Source: Rhynchobatus australiae | Lineage: Eukaryota | Assembly: GCA_034780895.1 (NCBI GenBank) | Contig: JAUZTB010000068.1 | Coordinates: 24,867,143-24,931,142, forward strand | Direction: 5' to 3' | Length of the DNA stretch: 64,000 nucleotides | In this document: piece by piece, positions 13,580 through 26,710 of the stretch | Layout of the letters: the number at the start of each line of letters is the position of its first letter | How positions within the stretch are numbered: position 1 is the first letter of the stretch | The notes under the pieces: model-generated | Databases searched by the model: none | The model's input: only the letters and a program-made list of their open reading frames with translations | What the model was told of the DNA's origin: nothing | Program-made: the position numbers and the translations under genes

Positions 13580-14430
13580 ACAAGAAATAGGAGCAGGAGT
13601 AGGCCAATCAGCCCTTAGAGACTGCCGTTCATCAAAATCAGGTCCGACCTTCTACCTCAAGTGGCTGTTTTCCTTCGCTATCCCCATTTTCATTGATTAT
13701 CTTACAGCCAGAAATCTACTGAATTAACTCAATGACACAACCTTCCAGGGTTGAAAATTCTAAAGGTTCACTACCCACTGAGCAAAGAAAGCTCTCTCAG
13801 TGCTAAGCAGTCCTAGCCCTTATTCTGAAACAATGATCATAATCCTCGTCCTGAGCCAGAGGAAACATCCTCCCTGCATCAAATCAGTAAAGCTGAATGT
13901 TGACTTTTAGTACACTTGGGTTCCTTTGAACATCAGCTCTGCTCAATGTCTCATCTTTTAATAATTGCTCCATTTTTTCACATTATTTATTCTTGCCCAC
14001 ACACTCAGCTCGTCCATATCTCCTTTAAGCCTTTTTACATTCTCCTCCCAATCCCTCCTAGATTAGCATCATCAACAAACTTATGATGCCTTCAGCCAAA
14101 TTATTGATATGGATTGTAAATAGGTGGGGGCCAACTACTGATCCCAGCAGTGCCCTACCTGTTACAGCCAGCCAGTATGAGAATAATCGATTTATTTCCA
14201 CTCTTTGCTTTCTGTCCAATAACCAATTTTCCATCCACTTCAGTACGTTATCCCCAATTCCACAGTCTAACTTTGTCGACTAACCTCCTGCGCAGAACCT
14301 TATCAACGCCCGATGAAAATCCAAATATATCACATCCACTGCATTACTTCACAAAACAAGATCTAATGTAGTCTTTTCCCTATTGGTTCTTCATCATATT
14401 GACTGAAAAATCATCTCAGACACATTCCAC
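13580..14430 (-). mobile_element. Degenerate CR1 (HER1-like) LINE fragments
   Basis: CR1 3' tail (aataggagcaggagtaggcca) plus RT remnants (KFVDDAN, GSVVGP-like). Confidence 0.6.
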
Positions 14431-14719
14431 TTTATTACAGCAAATTTGATTTGTCCATTCTATATATAGGTCACCCATGATTTTTGTGTTACCCCTGTTA
14501 CATGCCTTACCAATTTCCTGATTTATACCACATGCATTATTACAATTGGACGGCCTATAAATAACGCACATACTGTTTTCTACTTTTACTATTTCTTAGC
14601 TCAACCCAAATTGATTTTAGTTCTACATCGTCTGTCAAGCCAAGATTATTTCTTACCACTGCACTGATCTGCTCCCTTCTATACAGTGCTACACCAATCC
14701 CCTTTTCCTTTTTGAAAAT

Positions 14720-15410
14720 ATAGAAAAACAGATGCTGGACATCTGAAATATTAAAAACAAAATGCTGGAAACACTCATTGGGTCAGGCAGCATCTGTGGA
14801 AAAAGAAGCAGTTTATGTTTCAGGTCCTAGACCCTTTATCAGAAAAGAGAAAGAGAAAAGTAAGTCTGTATAGTTAGCAGAAACAGTTGGGCAAGGGGAT
14901 GATTGGAACTAAGGGAATATCTCTGATAGAGTGAGATTGGATGACTTGATGTGGCTGTTATCAGATTAAGCTTCTTTATCTGTGTAACGTATTGCTAATG
15001 GTGAGACTGTGGGACATGCCCAGCAGGCCAGATTGTATAAAAACAAAAGGCAAAAAGAAAAACTGGGTCCAGATGATGGAATGCACAAATGGCCATTTCT
15101 GATTCAAATAGAAAGAAAGAGTAGCTACCTAAAGTTGGGGAGTCCAATATTAAATCCTGCAGGTAGAGCATGTCCAGATGGAAAATGAAATATTGTTCCT
15201 CAAGCTTGCTTTGGGCCTTGTGTAACAGTACAGGAGGCCACAGATGGAAGGATCAGGGTGGGAGTGGAATGATGAATTATAGTGACAGGCAACTGGAAGC
15301 TCAAGGTTACCCTTGCAGAGTGAACACTCAATCTGCATTTGGTTTATTCAATGTAAAGGCCACATTGTGAACATCATATTCAGGACATTGGATTGAAAGA
15401 AGTGCAGAGT
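14720..15410 (-). mobile_element. Penelope-like element 3' part (GIY-YIG remnant and terminal repeat)
   Basis: LPVACHYNSSFHSHPD...YC translation; terminal motif tgctggaaacactcattgggtcaggcagcatctgtgga. Confidence 0.7.
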
Positions 15411-15944
15411 CAATCCTTTTTTGTCTGTCTTCCCAAGTACCAAATACCCTGGAATACATAGTTCCCAGCTTTGGTCATCTTACTGTCATGTTTCCATGAC
15501 AGCAATAGTATCATACCCATTTACTTCTATTTGTACCATATACTGTGCTATATAATTCAGCTGTTGTAAGTACTCGAATACAGGACTTATAGTGTTGTCA
15601 TTTTAATATTTTTCTGTGCATTGACTCACTTTGCTGCTTGACCTTGTTTTCACTATCCGTTTAATTTGCTTTCTACCTTTCTTACTTCACCTTCCTGCTT
15701 TGTTTCTCCCCACTTTCCCTGTTAAGCTCACTTAAACCCTCTCCAATAACGCTAGCAACCCCTTTTGCAAGGATATTAGTTCCAGCTCTGCTGACTTGCA
15801 ACCTGCTCAATTTATACAGATCCTTTACTGCCCCTGAAATGGTTCCAATGCCTTAGAAATCTAAAGCTCTCTCCTCTGCATCATCTTTCCAGCTGGCCNN
15901 NNNNNNNNNNNNNNNNNNNNNNNNNNNNNNNNNNNNNNNNNNAC

Positions 15945-16560
15945 TTATTTCTTTATTTCACATACATTGAAGGCCTTTGGGGGCTGGTGTGATGAATAAA
16001 ATCTTTTCATCTCTGCCATTTGAATGTTATTCCAAACCCCATAAATAGCGGAATGAAGATCTTCTCCAGCTTTCAGAACTTGGATACTACTGGGCAGACT
16101 CAGTTCAGCTCTCGGTAAGGTCAAACCCACAGCAGATTTCTGGTCATAACTCAGAAATTAACTGATTTTTGATGGATTCACAAGGATATGCTTTGAAAGA
16201 TAGAAATTTAAAGCAAAGATTTTATATTCTATTATGGCCAAGACATCTGGCATAGAAGAACAAAGTTTTGTGATGTATGCTGCACCTATCAAGGAGTGAT
16301 TGATGAAGACATGAGTGGAGCAAATGGTTCCATTTTGAGCATTGTCATCCTTCACCTTGATAAGTAGGTCAGAACAAAACTCACCAAAACATATCAACTC
16401 GAGACAAAATGATGAGATATTCTTGAACTAATCCGTGAATAAAGGACACTTCGCTGATGTGCCAGGTTGATAAAAGATACAGTGATTATAAGGAAATATT
16501 TATGCAAAACTCTTGGTGAAAGACGGCTGCTGCAAGAACATGCTTCATTGTTTAATGGTT
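15945..16560 (-). mobile_element. Possible L1/Tx1-like ORF2 C-terminal fossil
   Basis: Weak motifs (HSLIGAAYITK, LPRAELSLP) in the expected order; many stops. Confidence 0.25.
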
Positions 16561-16659
16561 GTTTTCCTGGATTTATTAATTGACTGGAGCTGCTCTGTAT
16601 TTATCGATTCAAAATAAATTCATTCACAATACCTTCTATTGATCTACTGTCATCTCCTT

Positions 16660-17030
16660 TAATCAACAATTAGACTATCCCTTAATCTTTGAAATGCAAG
16701 CCAAGTCCATGCCACATGTCCTCATAATTCAACTGCTTCAGCTCTGGCATTTTTCTGTTGAATTTACATTCCAAGTTTCAATAAATTCTTCCTGAGGTGT
16801 GGAGCTAAGAATTGAACACAGGGCCTAACTAGAAATCTACATAACTGTAAAATATCCATACCGTTGCATCTNNNNNNNNNNCTAGCCCCTTGGATGTGAA
16901 AGTCAACACTCTATTGGCCACCTTATTTATTTTATATACAATGCTGAAGGAGACCATTTGGCCCTTTGGATCTATGGCACTCTCAGAGCAGCAATCCAGT
17001 TAGCCTCATACCCCATCTCTTTCCTCTACC
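16660..17030 (-). mobile_element. CR1 fragments
   Basis: gaattgaacacag and ggagaccatttggccc motifs shared with other CR1 copies in the window. Confidence 0.45.
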
Positions 17031-17194
17031 TTATTGTACTGAGTGAACTTGGAGCCCCAAACCTCCACACTCCTTCAATTTCACCAGCATAATAATTCAT
17101 TTCCATCTTTGTTAGTTTAGGTTCACTAGTTGGGCATTGGGCATCTTGAAGAAATGTTGCATGGTAACACCTGTGGAAACATCATCTTTGTGTG

Positions 17195-17290
17195 CAACAA
17201 ACAATCTGCTGGAGGAACTCAGTGGGTCAAGCAGCATCGGTGTGCAGATCCTGTTGCAGAGTTTCGATCCAAAATGTGGACAATTCCGTC
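17195..17290. mobile_element. Short Penelope terminal-repeat derivative, same family as 57755-57940
   Basis: acaatctgctggaggaactcagtgggtcaagcagcatc followed by a decayed hammerhead-like segment. Confidence 0.55.
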
Positions 17291-17598
17291 CAGTTCCCCC
17301 TCCCCCAGCATCTTCAATCTCGTGTCCCCAAGGAACTCCTATTGTAATGTCCTGGGGCAGGAATGATTGACCTCCAACGACCCGAACCATTTTACCTCGT
17401 CATCACCTTTGTATCATCAGGGAGAAAGACATACAGGAAAAAAGGCGGAAAAATCCTGAAAATATACTGCATAATGAACTGAAATCCCAACAAGCTGAAT
17501 TTCTGAGCCATTGCAATGCCCACCAATCTATTTTTCTCCTTTTATGCAATGACTCCTTATCCTAGGCAATGAAACATAACTTGCAGTAGTACACTCAC

Positions 17599-17784
17599 CC
17601 ACACAGAGTGGAGGCTTGTCATTATTGCTCCATTTTCCATTTTCCTGGCAGACAGCTGTTGACAGTTCACCAGACTGCAGTCTGTAGCCTTCATTGCACT
17701 GATAGATGGCTCTCGTTCCGAGAGTATACTCTCTCCCAAAGACCGTTCCGTTTGCTGGAGCTTTCGGGACGCCACAAGAAATGG
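17599..17784 (-). CDS. CSMD2: CSMD2-like exon, Sushi15 (AISCGVPKAPANG...WSNNDKPPLCV)
   Basis: 186 bp; acceptor TTTTCAG, donor GTGAGT. Confidence 0.93.
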
Positions 17785-19604
17785 CTGAAAATGAACATCT
17801 GTCAGCTTTATCTGAGATACAATGTGCACCAGTATTAACAACTTCCCTAATATTTACACTGCTGCTGTAATATAAATAGAAACACAATTATAACATTGTG
17901 CAGGGTAGAGCACATTGCTGATCTAATGTGTTACCTCATCCGGTGGAAGAAACAGATATTTACTATTTTACACAAGTTGAAGACTCAATCTGATGTGATG
18001 GGTGGAGGTGTAAGATTAAGGTAAGGTTTGTAAGGAAAAAGCCTGTGCAATGAATAATCAGCCTAAAATTGGGACTTGGATATGACTGACTGCGAGTGAC
18101 ACTTGGCATGAATGTCACTAAAATCTGGTGACAACAAGCATCACAGAATAGAAAAACACAGGGAAAAAAATCATTCCAATCCACCTAAGCTCAATGTACC
18201 ACAAATCTGCAAGGTTTATATTTTAAAGAACGAGTAATATAAAACATAAAAACACACAACATTGAGAATTCATTGGTCACCAACATGCTGAAAATAATTT
18301 TAAATGAAATGCCACAATTTCCACCTGGATAATTGCAAAATCTGAGTTGAATCAACAGAGCACAGGTAAGTTGTGGTCATAACTACTTTATGCTCATTTA
18401 TTCATCAGTTTTTTCTGTGAATCCACAGTCCCTTTACCAGAAACATTTCCTGTCCATAAATCTGGTCTCATGCCAGTTTCAGAAAGTCGAATTTTCACCA
18501 GTTGCACATATTTAGGGGAATTCATCACAATGCACCCAGGAACTCCGTCACCACATAATTCAAGTTTCCATCACCTCACCAGCAGTCCGTTGTAGCAATT
18601 GACCAGCTCTGTTGTAAATATTAGTTAATTATTATTAATTATCTGCAATAATCAGTTCAAAAGGGCTGGAGCATTAACTCAGATGTCCAGAGTGATATAA
18701 ATCAGTTACTGCTTAAAGTTTGAAGGTTTTCAGGATAGAGAGGTAAGTGCTTCTTACATTAGAGTTTCCAACCTCTCCATGAGGATAAACTGCCTTCACC
18801 TTTGTTTTTGTACTGTGCCACTCTGGTATTTTGAGGCCCCTTTAGTCTCATCAAAGTCAGAAACCAATTACGATCAAGTACAGGGACTGCCCAGCTTGTG
18901 GATGACCTGACTTATCTGACTCTACATAAATTCTCCCATACATTTTTAAAGAAGCCTAATAAATAATATTAAAATGTCTTGTGGTATTCATCAGCAACTG
19001 GATACAGTATATGTTCCATTAGTTTAATCATGAGTAGTGTTAGGGTGAAGATATTTGATGAATCAAAAGAATTATAGGAAGTGTATGCAGACCAATGGGA
19101 AATTGTTCATTTCTGACTTAGGGAAAAAACAGCTTCTGGACATTTCTTNNNNNNNNNNNNNNNNNNNNNNNNNNNNNNNNNNNNNNNNNNNNNNNNNNNN
19201 NNNNNNNNNNNNNNNNNNNNNNNNNNNNNNNNNNNNNNNNNNNNNNNNAGCTTCTGGACATTTCTTGGGAACTTCCAGGGACAGCTTGAATGCTGCTTAA
19301 TTGTGCTGATAATTAGAAGAGTTTACATTGGAAGAGTTTGCTGCAGAGCTTGTACAGAAACTGGGCCTGATTTTGCTATTCAATATACTTTGAACTTACT
19401 TCACTGATCACACCCCAAGTGGAAATTCTTGCCTACTGTGTTTTGGGGCAATTTTCCAATATTTTGCTTTGGATTGAGGACCTGGCAAATGCCAAGTTCA
19501 GATGAAGCTGGAGCTTTCATTTATTATTTCAATTACAATTGTTAAAATCAATTCCACAAGAGAGTATTGAAATATCTGTGGATGGCAGATAAAAATCTTC
19601 TTAC

Positions 19605-19793
19605 CTTGACAAAGAGGAGGAATGGTATTCCAATTGTAAAAACCTTGGGGGAACCTGGTGCATGTTGCAGTACCTTGTCCAATCAGTCGATAGCCTGGAT
19701 CACAGTTGAATCGCACCGTGCTGCCAGGTAGCCCTCCTGTTTGTGTGTGAACTGTGCCATGCCTTGGGGGACTTGGTGGGCTGCAGTAGGGAG
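19605..19793 (-). CDS. CSMD2: CSMD2-like exon, Sushi14 (APYCSPPSPPRHG...WNTIPPLCQ)
   Basis: 189 bp; acceptor CATTAG, donor GTAAGA. Confidence 0.93.
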
Positions 19794-21811
19794 CTAATGA
19801 CAAAAAAAAATTTTACAAACATATTGAAGTAAGTTTTTGTCATTACTGAACTCTTGAAACAACCAGGAGGAGAAAATGAGTCTGCTTCATGCACTCTTCG
19901 TTAATTAATTTGCATTATTTTATCTCTTACCTTTTTCACTAAATCAGGGATTCAGAAGAGGTCTTTTGCAGAGCAAAATGGTATGTTTGTTTGAATGCCT
20001 CACTGTGGCAATCACAGACCCATAACACTCACCATGGCAACATTGCCCCTTTTCAGGCAAAGCTGCTATATCTGACAACTTGTTCATCATTTTTCAGTCA
20101 CTTTCAAAAATCAATAAACCAGTTACTGTTTCTGCACTGAATGTTTTTTTTTGCAATAATCAGCATCACTGAACTACAATAACGCAATTAAATCACACTG
20201 AGAATACTGAGGTAATTACATTCACTCTGTACAGTCAAAGGTAAATCAAGCAGAAACTGTGCATGTCCCAGGGAAAGGAATTGCGTTTGGAAGGAAAATT
20301 GATTTTTATCCAATTAAAATTCAATTACTAGTGCAGCATTATATACATTAACAATACAACATATCATTCCGTGTCAAAAATGAAGCTTATCATCAGGAGT
20401 CATTTTAAATCTGTGGAATAAATTTTCATTAACATCTATTTTTCCTGCTGTTCTATTATTGAGTTTCATTTTGACCATTGCTTATGTAGCTTTGAAAGGT
20501 ACCGAAAGTTCTTCACTTACAATGAATTACCTTTGAATGGGCTAGCTGCTATTATGCAGGCAGCAATTTTGCCAACAGCCATGATCTCACAAACAAGTAG
20601 ATGAATGACCTGTTAATTTACTNNNNNNNNNNNNNNNNNNNNNNNNNNNNNNNNNNNNNNNNNNNNNNNNNNNNNNNNNNNNNNNNNNNNNNNNNNNNNN
20701 NNNNNNNNNNNNNNNNNNNNNNACTTTTAATAGATGTTAGTTTAAGATGATGCTTTGGAGATGTTCCTAATTCAGACAGACCGAGGAAGGAAATGAACAT
20801 ATGTACACATGCACACTTTTGATGCTGATCCAGGACTGGCAGAGCAAAACTGTGTGTTTTTGTGAATACTTCATCATGGCAATAACATACTCATGTCATT
20901 CACCATAGCAACATCATCCCCACCACCCTTCAGGTGAAGCTGCAATGTCTGACAACTTGTTCATCCATTATCAATCACTTTCAGAAATCAATAAACCAGT
21001 TACTATTTCTGCATTGAATATTTTTTTCAATAATCAGCATCAATAAACTACAACAATGCAAGAGACTAGTTCTTACATTTATGAGTTTTTTTAAGAAGGG
21101 TGGGGCTAATATTAAATTGATTAGTAATTCCATTTGGTTGTCTTCAATAGGATTCTGAGTTTCTTTCTTTAAACACAACAGAGGTGATTTTCAAACATCC
21201 CAGTAGAATTGCAGTTCCATAATACCAATGAATCAAGTGATCAGCATCCTCGCACTGACCTCGTCTGCCAGCATAGCAGATCTGGCAGGTGATTTTGACA
21301 TCAATTAAGATCCCTTGTTATCAGAAGGCAAAATAGCCATTAAAATTTTTAAAATCCACATCTGTACTGAATTCCAAGTCTGAGCAAGACTCCAACCACA
21401 CGACATATCCCACCTGTATAAAACAGGTGCACATCAGTGCATTTGACAGTAGTTTTTCATGGACATTTGGCAGCGTTGTTAAATATTGAAGAGCAAAATT
21501 TTTGCAGTAAATATTTTTCCTCCTTATGCATAATGTAGTTTTGTGCTCCTCTATATTGCTGGTTATTGCTTAAGTCTTCAGCCCCCTAATACAATTCCCT
21601 GACATTGTAGGAATTATTGCTGTAGAGAAAGCTGCACCGGAAGCATAGTGATAACTTGGCTACTCATATAACACTCGAAATGAAGACCAATTCTTGACAC
21701 CAAGTGATATTCAAATGCAAAGACAATGATGGAGTTAGCCTGCTCTCTTGGGGGCTAAGTCCATAGATTCTACTGCACTTTCAAAGTTCTCAGGTAGGTA
21801 AAAAATATTCA

Positions 21812-22866
21812 AGAAACAAAGGACTAAAGATGCTGGATTCTAGATGAAAAGTCTCCTCCCAGACCCAACAGAGATTGAGTCCCCCTTGTCCTCACATTTC
21901 ATCCCACCAGCCTACTGATCCAACACATCATTCTCCACCGTTTCTGCCATCTCCAACGGGACCCCACCATATCTTCCCCTCCTCACTTCTGTCTGCCTTT
22001 TGCAGGAACTATTCTCTCCACAACACCCCAGTGTTTACTCCTCAACCCTCCCCCCCACCCATCCCGCTCCCACCCCGAGAACTTTCCATTGCCCCCACCA
22101 CGGGTGCAACACCNNNNNNNNNNNNNNNNNNNNNNNNNNNNNNNNNNNNNNNNNNNNNNNNNNNNNNNNNNNNNNNNNNNNNNNNNNNNNNNNNNNNNNN
22201 NNNNNNNNNNNNNNNNNNNNNNNNNNNNNNNNNNNNNNNNNNNNNNNNNNNNNNNNNNNNNNNNNNNNNNNNNNNNNNNNNNNNNNNNNNNNNNNNNNNN
22301 NNNNNNNNNNNNNNNNNNNNNNNNNNNNNNNNNNNNNNNNNNNNNNNNNNNNNNNNNNNNNNNNNNNNNNNNNNNNNNNNNNNNNNNNNNNNNNNNNNNN
22401 NNNNNNNNNNNNNNNNNNNNNNNNNNNNNNNNNNNNNNNNNNNNNNNNNNNNNNNNNNNNNNNNNNNNNNNNNNNNNNNNNNNNNNNNNNNNNNNNNNNN
22501 NNNNNNNNNNNNNCACCCCCAACCAAGCCTTTTCTTCCCTTTACTAGCCTCTCTCTCTTTCTTCCACCTCCCTTTTTCCCTCCTTACCTTTGACCCATCC
22601 CCCGGTGGATCAGCTCTCCCCTCCTCCCCTGCACCTGCCTATCAGTGTCTCTTACCTGCATCTACCTATCACCACGTTGTGCCCACCCTGCCTCCCTTCT
22701 TTTGTCCACCTATCATTGCTCTGCTTTTCCCTTGTATATATTGGGCTTCCCTTTCTCCTATCTTCAGTTCTGAAGAAGGGTCCTGACCTGAAACATTGAC
22801 CGCCTGCTTTTCTCCACGGATGCTGCCTGACGTGCTGAGTTCCTCCAGCATCATAGTGTTTTCATC
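21812..22866 (+). mobile_element. Penelope-like insertion with target-site duplication (400-N gap inside)
   Basis: TSD AGGTAAAAAA(A)TATTCA at 21796-21811 and 22867-22883; pyrimidine-rich linker; terminal repeat with hammerhead motif. Confidence 0.8.
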
Positions 22867-24339
22867 AGGTAAAAAAATATTCACCTGGAACTTTCACTTC
22901 TGCAGCTTTCACCTGAGGTTTGACAAGTGATCTTCAGCATGAAGCAGAATTAACCTTGCTTGCTCCACTTCTGACTGCAGCAGCCTCAACGTTATTGATC
23001 AAAGCTGGCATTTAGTCTAACATCACATCACATCTAATCAAGTCCTTGTTGCATACAACATGATGTGAGCTCTCTCTAAGAACAAACAGATCTTCAGATT
23101 GCAAGCTTGGATTCCCATGCACCTTCTACGAGTATTCACATTAGCACAGAGTTTTTTGTGAGAGGTTCATTTGAACAATATCTCAGATTCAGAACATTCA
23201 AATTAATGATAAAGTGATGGTAGAAGAAAATTTCTGCAGGAAATCAAAGAACTTGGGCAAGTGTGCAATGTTTCTATTGATACTTAATGGCAAAAGAGAT
23301 GAAGGCGCCAAATATGCATAACAAAGAATCAATCGCCTGTTTGACATCCTTGGGGAGAGAATACAAACTGATCTTGCTGAAGGCCCACATGTAACCTGGA
23401 AGGAGGTTAAAGAAGAAAAATTTAAGGTATAATTCCTTGGCAGTGCCATCACATTAGTTAGAGTTGCCAACAGATTTCCTTGCAACAGATGGCAATGATC
23501 TGCAATTGCTTCCCTGCAGATTAACAGTCTGTGAAGGCAGATCCTTTCAAGTACTGCCATGTTGCCATACCCAAACCCTGCAGTCAGTCCTATTTAGTAG
23601 AATAATACGTGGTTGAATCAGTTTCCTTCTAGTGCCAACTGGTCTTCCTGGCATGCCTTTTTCATCCTTTGGCATCAAGTCCTGTGAAAATGATGTTTGG
23701 AAAACTTTACCTACATTCTGCAATATAATTACTTCAGGAAAGCATTGCAGCGTACCTTACAGTCGATACCCTTGCTGGTTTTTTAATATCCAATTGAAAT
23801 GAATAGAATTGATACCATCACCAGCCAGAATTGTTGCCCAAAGGACCTAAAATGCAGCAGCTGTGCAAGCTTTTTTTGTGGAGTTTAAATTACCCACACT
23901 CTCTTAGATGATTGTTTTTTAACATGGAGTCTCTATGGAATACTATGGTTTCGATAAGTGATTCCTAATTACCATTTCTTCTAAACTAAGTTCTGATGAA
24001 GGCTCTGTTTCTCTTTCCACAGATACTTCCTGCCCTGTTAAGTCTTTCCAGCGTTTTATGAATTTATTTAAGTCCTAAATTGAGATTGACTCGTTTCTTC
24101 AGATCTGTGTTTATACTGACTTCCAAGCCAAATTCAAATGGCTCAGAGGACAAAACTTGTTATATTGACTTCTTCTCTTGATTTAATAGTTTTATTTCAG
24201 TGCCCTGACTCAGTGACCCACATTCTCAGTAATATCAGACTTACTGTGTGTACACTACATTGAAGCAGTCAAACCCTACCAGCAGCCTTCCCAGAGCAAT
24301 CAACAAAAAGAAATTTGATTCTACACAAGTCTGAACAAA

Positions 24340-26710
24340 AACAACTTGTATTTATATAACACCTTTGATGTAGTAAGACATTCCACTGTGATTCACAAGA
24401 GCATTAGCAAACAAAACGAGGGACTGAGTCACGTAAAGAGACATCCAACAAAATAAAAAATATTTGGGCAAGGAGGAAGGTTTTAAAGAGTGGCTTGAAG
24501 GAAGAAAGGAACAGCAACAGTGGGTGTTGCAGAATTTGTACCATGGAAACTGAAGGCACAAGGCACAGCTGGCAGTGATGGAATTATTAAGCCAGGAAAT
24601 CCTTGGGAAACCAGAACTAGAGATCACAGATACCTCAGAGGATTCTGGACCTGGAGGGAAATATGGAGATGGGGAAGGGGCAGCCATGGAAGGGTTTGAA
24701 AACAGAAGCGAGACATTTAAAATTCAGATACGGCACACGAGGGAGCAAGGGTAGTTCAATGAGCACCGGGGTGAAAGGCGAAACAGAGAAACATTTTGCA
24801 GCACAAAAGGAAGCTGTTCAGCTCTCCTAGTCTGTGCAAGTTCTCAGCAAGAGCAATACAGCTAATCTCATCCTGGCCATCCTTTCTCCATGGCCCTGGA
24901 CTTTGTTGTTTCAGTGAAGTACTGATCATTCCAGATGTTTGGTTTGTAAAAACAAAAACCGGATGTTACCATTGATTCTCTAGCAAATCATTTTAAATCC
25001 TCTGCCACTGAGAACTTCCAGAAATGACTTCTCTCCATCTATTCTGTCTGGATCCTTCCTCATTTTGACCACTCCTGTTACATTTAGTCTCAACCATCAC
25101 AGCTCCAAGAACAATATCAGCTTTCCCAGACTTTCTTATTAACATAAGCTCTCATTCATGGATTGGTCAGTCATGCTGGTCAATCTTTTCTTGCATCTTT
25201 TCCAAGGCCTTCATGTTCCTCCAGTGACCAGAATTGAATGCAACTTTCAAGTTGTGACCAAACCAACATTTTGTGAAGGTTTATCATGAACACCTTACTG
25301 CCTCGGTTTAAGAGGTCCTAGATTCTGTGTGATTCTTTTCTGATAACTCACCTGCCACTTTGAATGGTTAATGCACAAATATAGAATCGCAAATTGGTCA
25401 CAAATGAGTGAAATGCACATGACATGAATTAGAATTCTAACAGAGTTTTGGGTGCAGGAAAAGTCAAATCTGGAAGTAACAGAGTCTTGGATGAGATTTC
25501 ACTAGCAGGTGGATTCACGCATGGGTGGAATTGGTTATCTTCTGGTAGTGGAAATAGGAGGTCTCAGGGATGGTGTGTACTTTGGCCTTGAAGGTCACCT
25601 CAAGGTAAAAATGGCACCAATTGTCTCATACAGTTGTCAGGGAGAGGGATGAACTGATGGTTAGGGAATGAAGATTTTAATAGGGATTGAAGGCAATGGC
25701 TGAGGAAGTTTATGCTTATGGATGCTGGATGAATGAACTGACAACTTGGAGATACCAGAGGTGTCAAGAGATATAAGAATGAGGTGGAACTGGATGTGAA
25801 CACAGCACAGACAAGACTTGACACTAAATATTCAATGATATTCCTGAAGGACAAAGTGTAGGAAAGTAAACAGGAGAAGGCAGGGATAAGCCCTGGGAAG
25901 CCATCAGAGGTAACAGTGTAAGAGCACGGAGAGAAGGCGGTTCAGATGAATCTCTGGCTACAACTAATAAAGGAACCAGATAAATGTGGTCCTATTCAAC
26001 TGGACCACAGTGGAAAAGCAGGAGAGGAAAATGATGTAGCCAATCACATCTAGGCCAATCGTCAGGTGAAGAAATGTAAGAATTTTCCATTGTTATGATC
26101 AGATGTGAGGTCATCAGTGACTTTCCGAAGTGGTACAATGGCAGGGACATTCAACTAATTTTAAGTTTGAAGCATCAGGCAGGATGCTTGTGGATTTGAG
26201 AGGCAGCAGCATCTTCAATGTCTTTTGGGGAAGAAGGAGAGATGGAGGTGGACCAGTTTTTGCAAGGATGGAGGGCTGAAGGAATGCTATTTTGAGAAGA
26301 TGGGCAATGAAGGTATTTTGAAGTGAGAGACACAGTACTTGGAGAGAATGGCTACCAACCTCAGAAAATCAAGGCAGTAAGGTGAGTGGATGGCAGGTTT
26401 GTGAGAATGGCATCAAGGAGCAGGAGGCGGACCTCGTGGACAAGTTAAGCTTAGAAACAGCATGAGGGAAGAAATGAGAGAACGTCAAGCACGATGTGAG
26501 TTCAGGACAAAGGCAGAGGAAAACTTTAAGGGGACGTTTAGACTAAGAAAATGAAGGAAGAAGACCACTTGACTGGATGCTCAGAGCTTTAGTGACAAAG
26601 AAATCAATGAGATCCTTGTACTTGTTGCTGAAGTTGGGATGGAGGAGTCCGGAGAGAAGGATTTAGGAAGTTAGTTTGTAGTAGAGACAGTAACTCCAAT
26701 TTTCTTCTGT
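24340..26710 (-). mobile_element. L2 LINE (RT to 3' end), interrupted by CR1 at about 24785-25390
   Basis: L2 3' end (acaacttgtatttatataacaccttt); decayed TSGVPQG-like and YADD-like motifs near 25790-25910. Confidence 0.65.
24785..25390 (-). mobile_element. CR1 3' fragment nested in L2
   Basis: CR1 tail (gcagcacaaaaggaagctgttcagc) and ORF2 C-terminal remnant (tgaccagaattgaatgcaactttcaagttgtg). Confidence 0.6.

Noticed and set aside
16060-16110. Plus-strand LSELGYYWAD, faintly like the SOCS SH2 N-terminus
   Set aside because: Surrounded by stops with no SH2 continuation; the minus-strand LINE fossil is a better explanation.
21875-22786. Long ORFs of about 150-320 aa here and at 41326-42345
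   Set aside because: Their length is produced by N runs, and the flanks are TE or low-complexity sequence.
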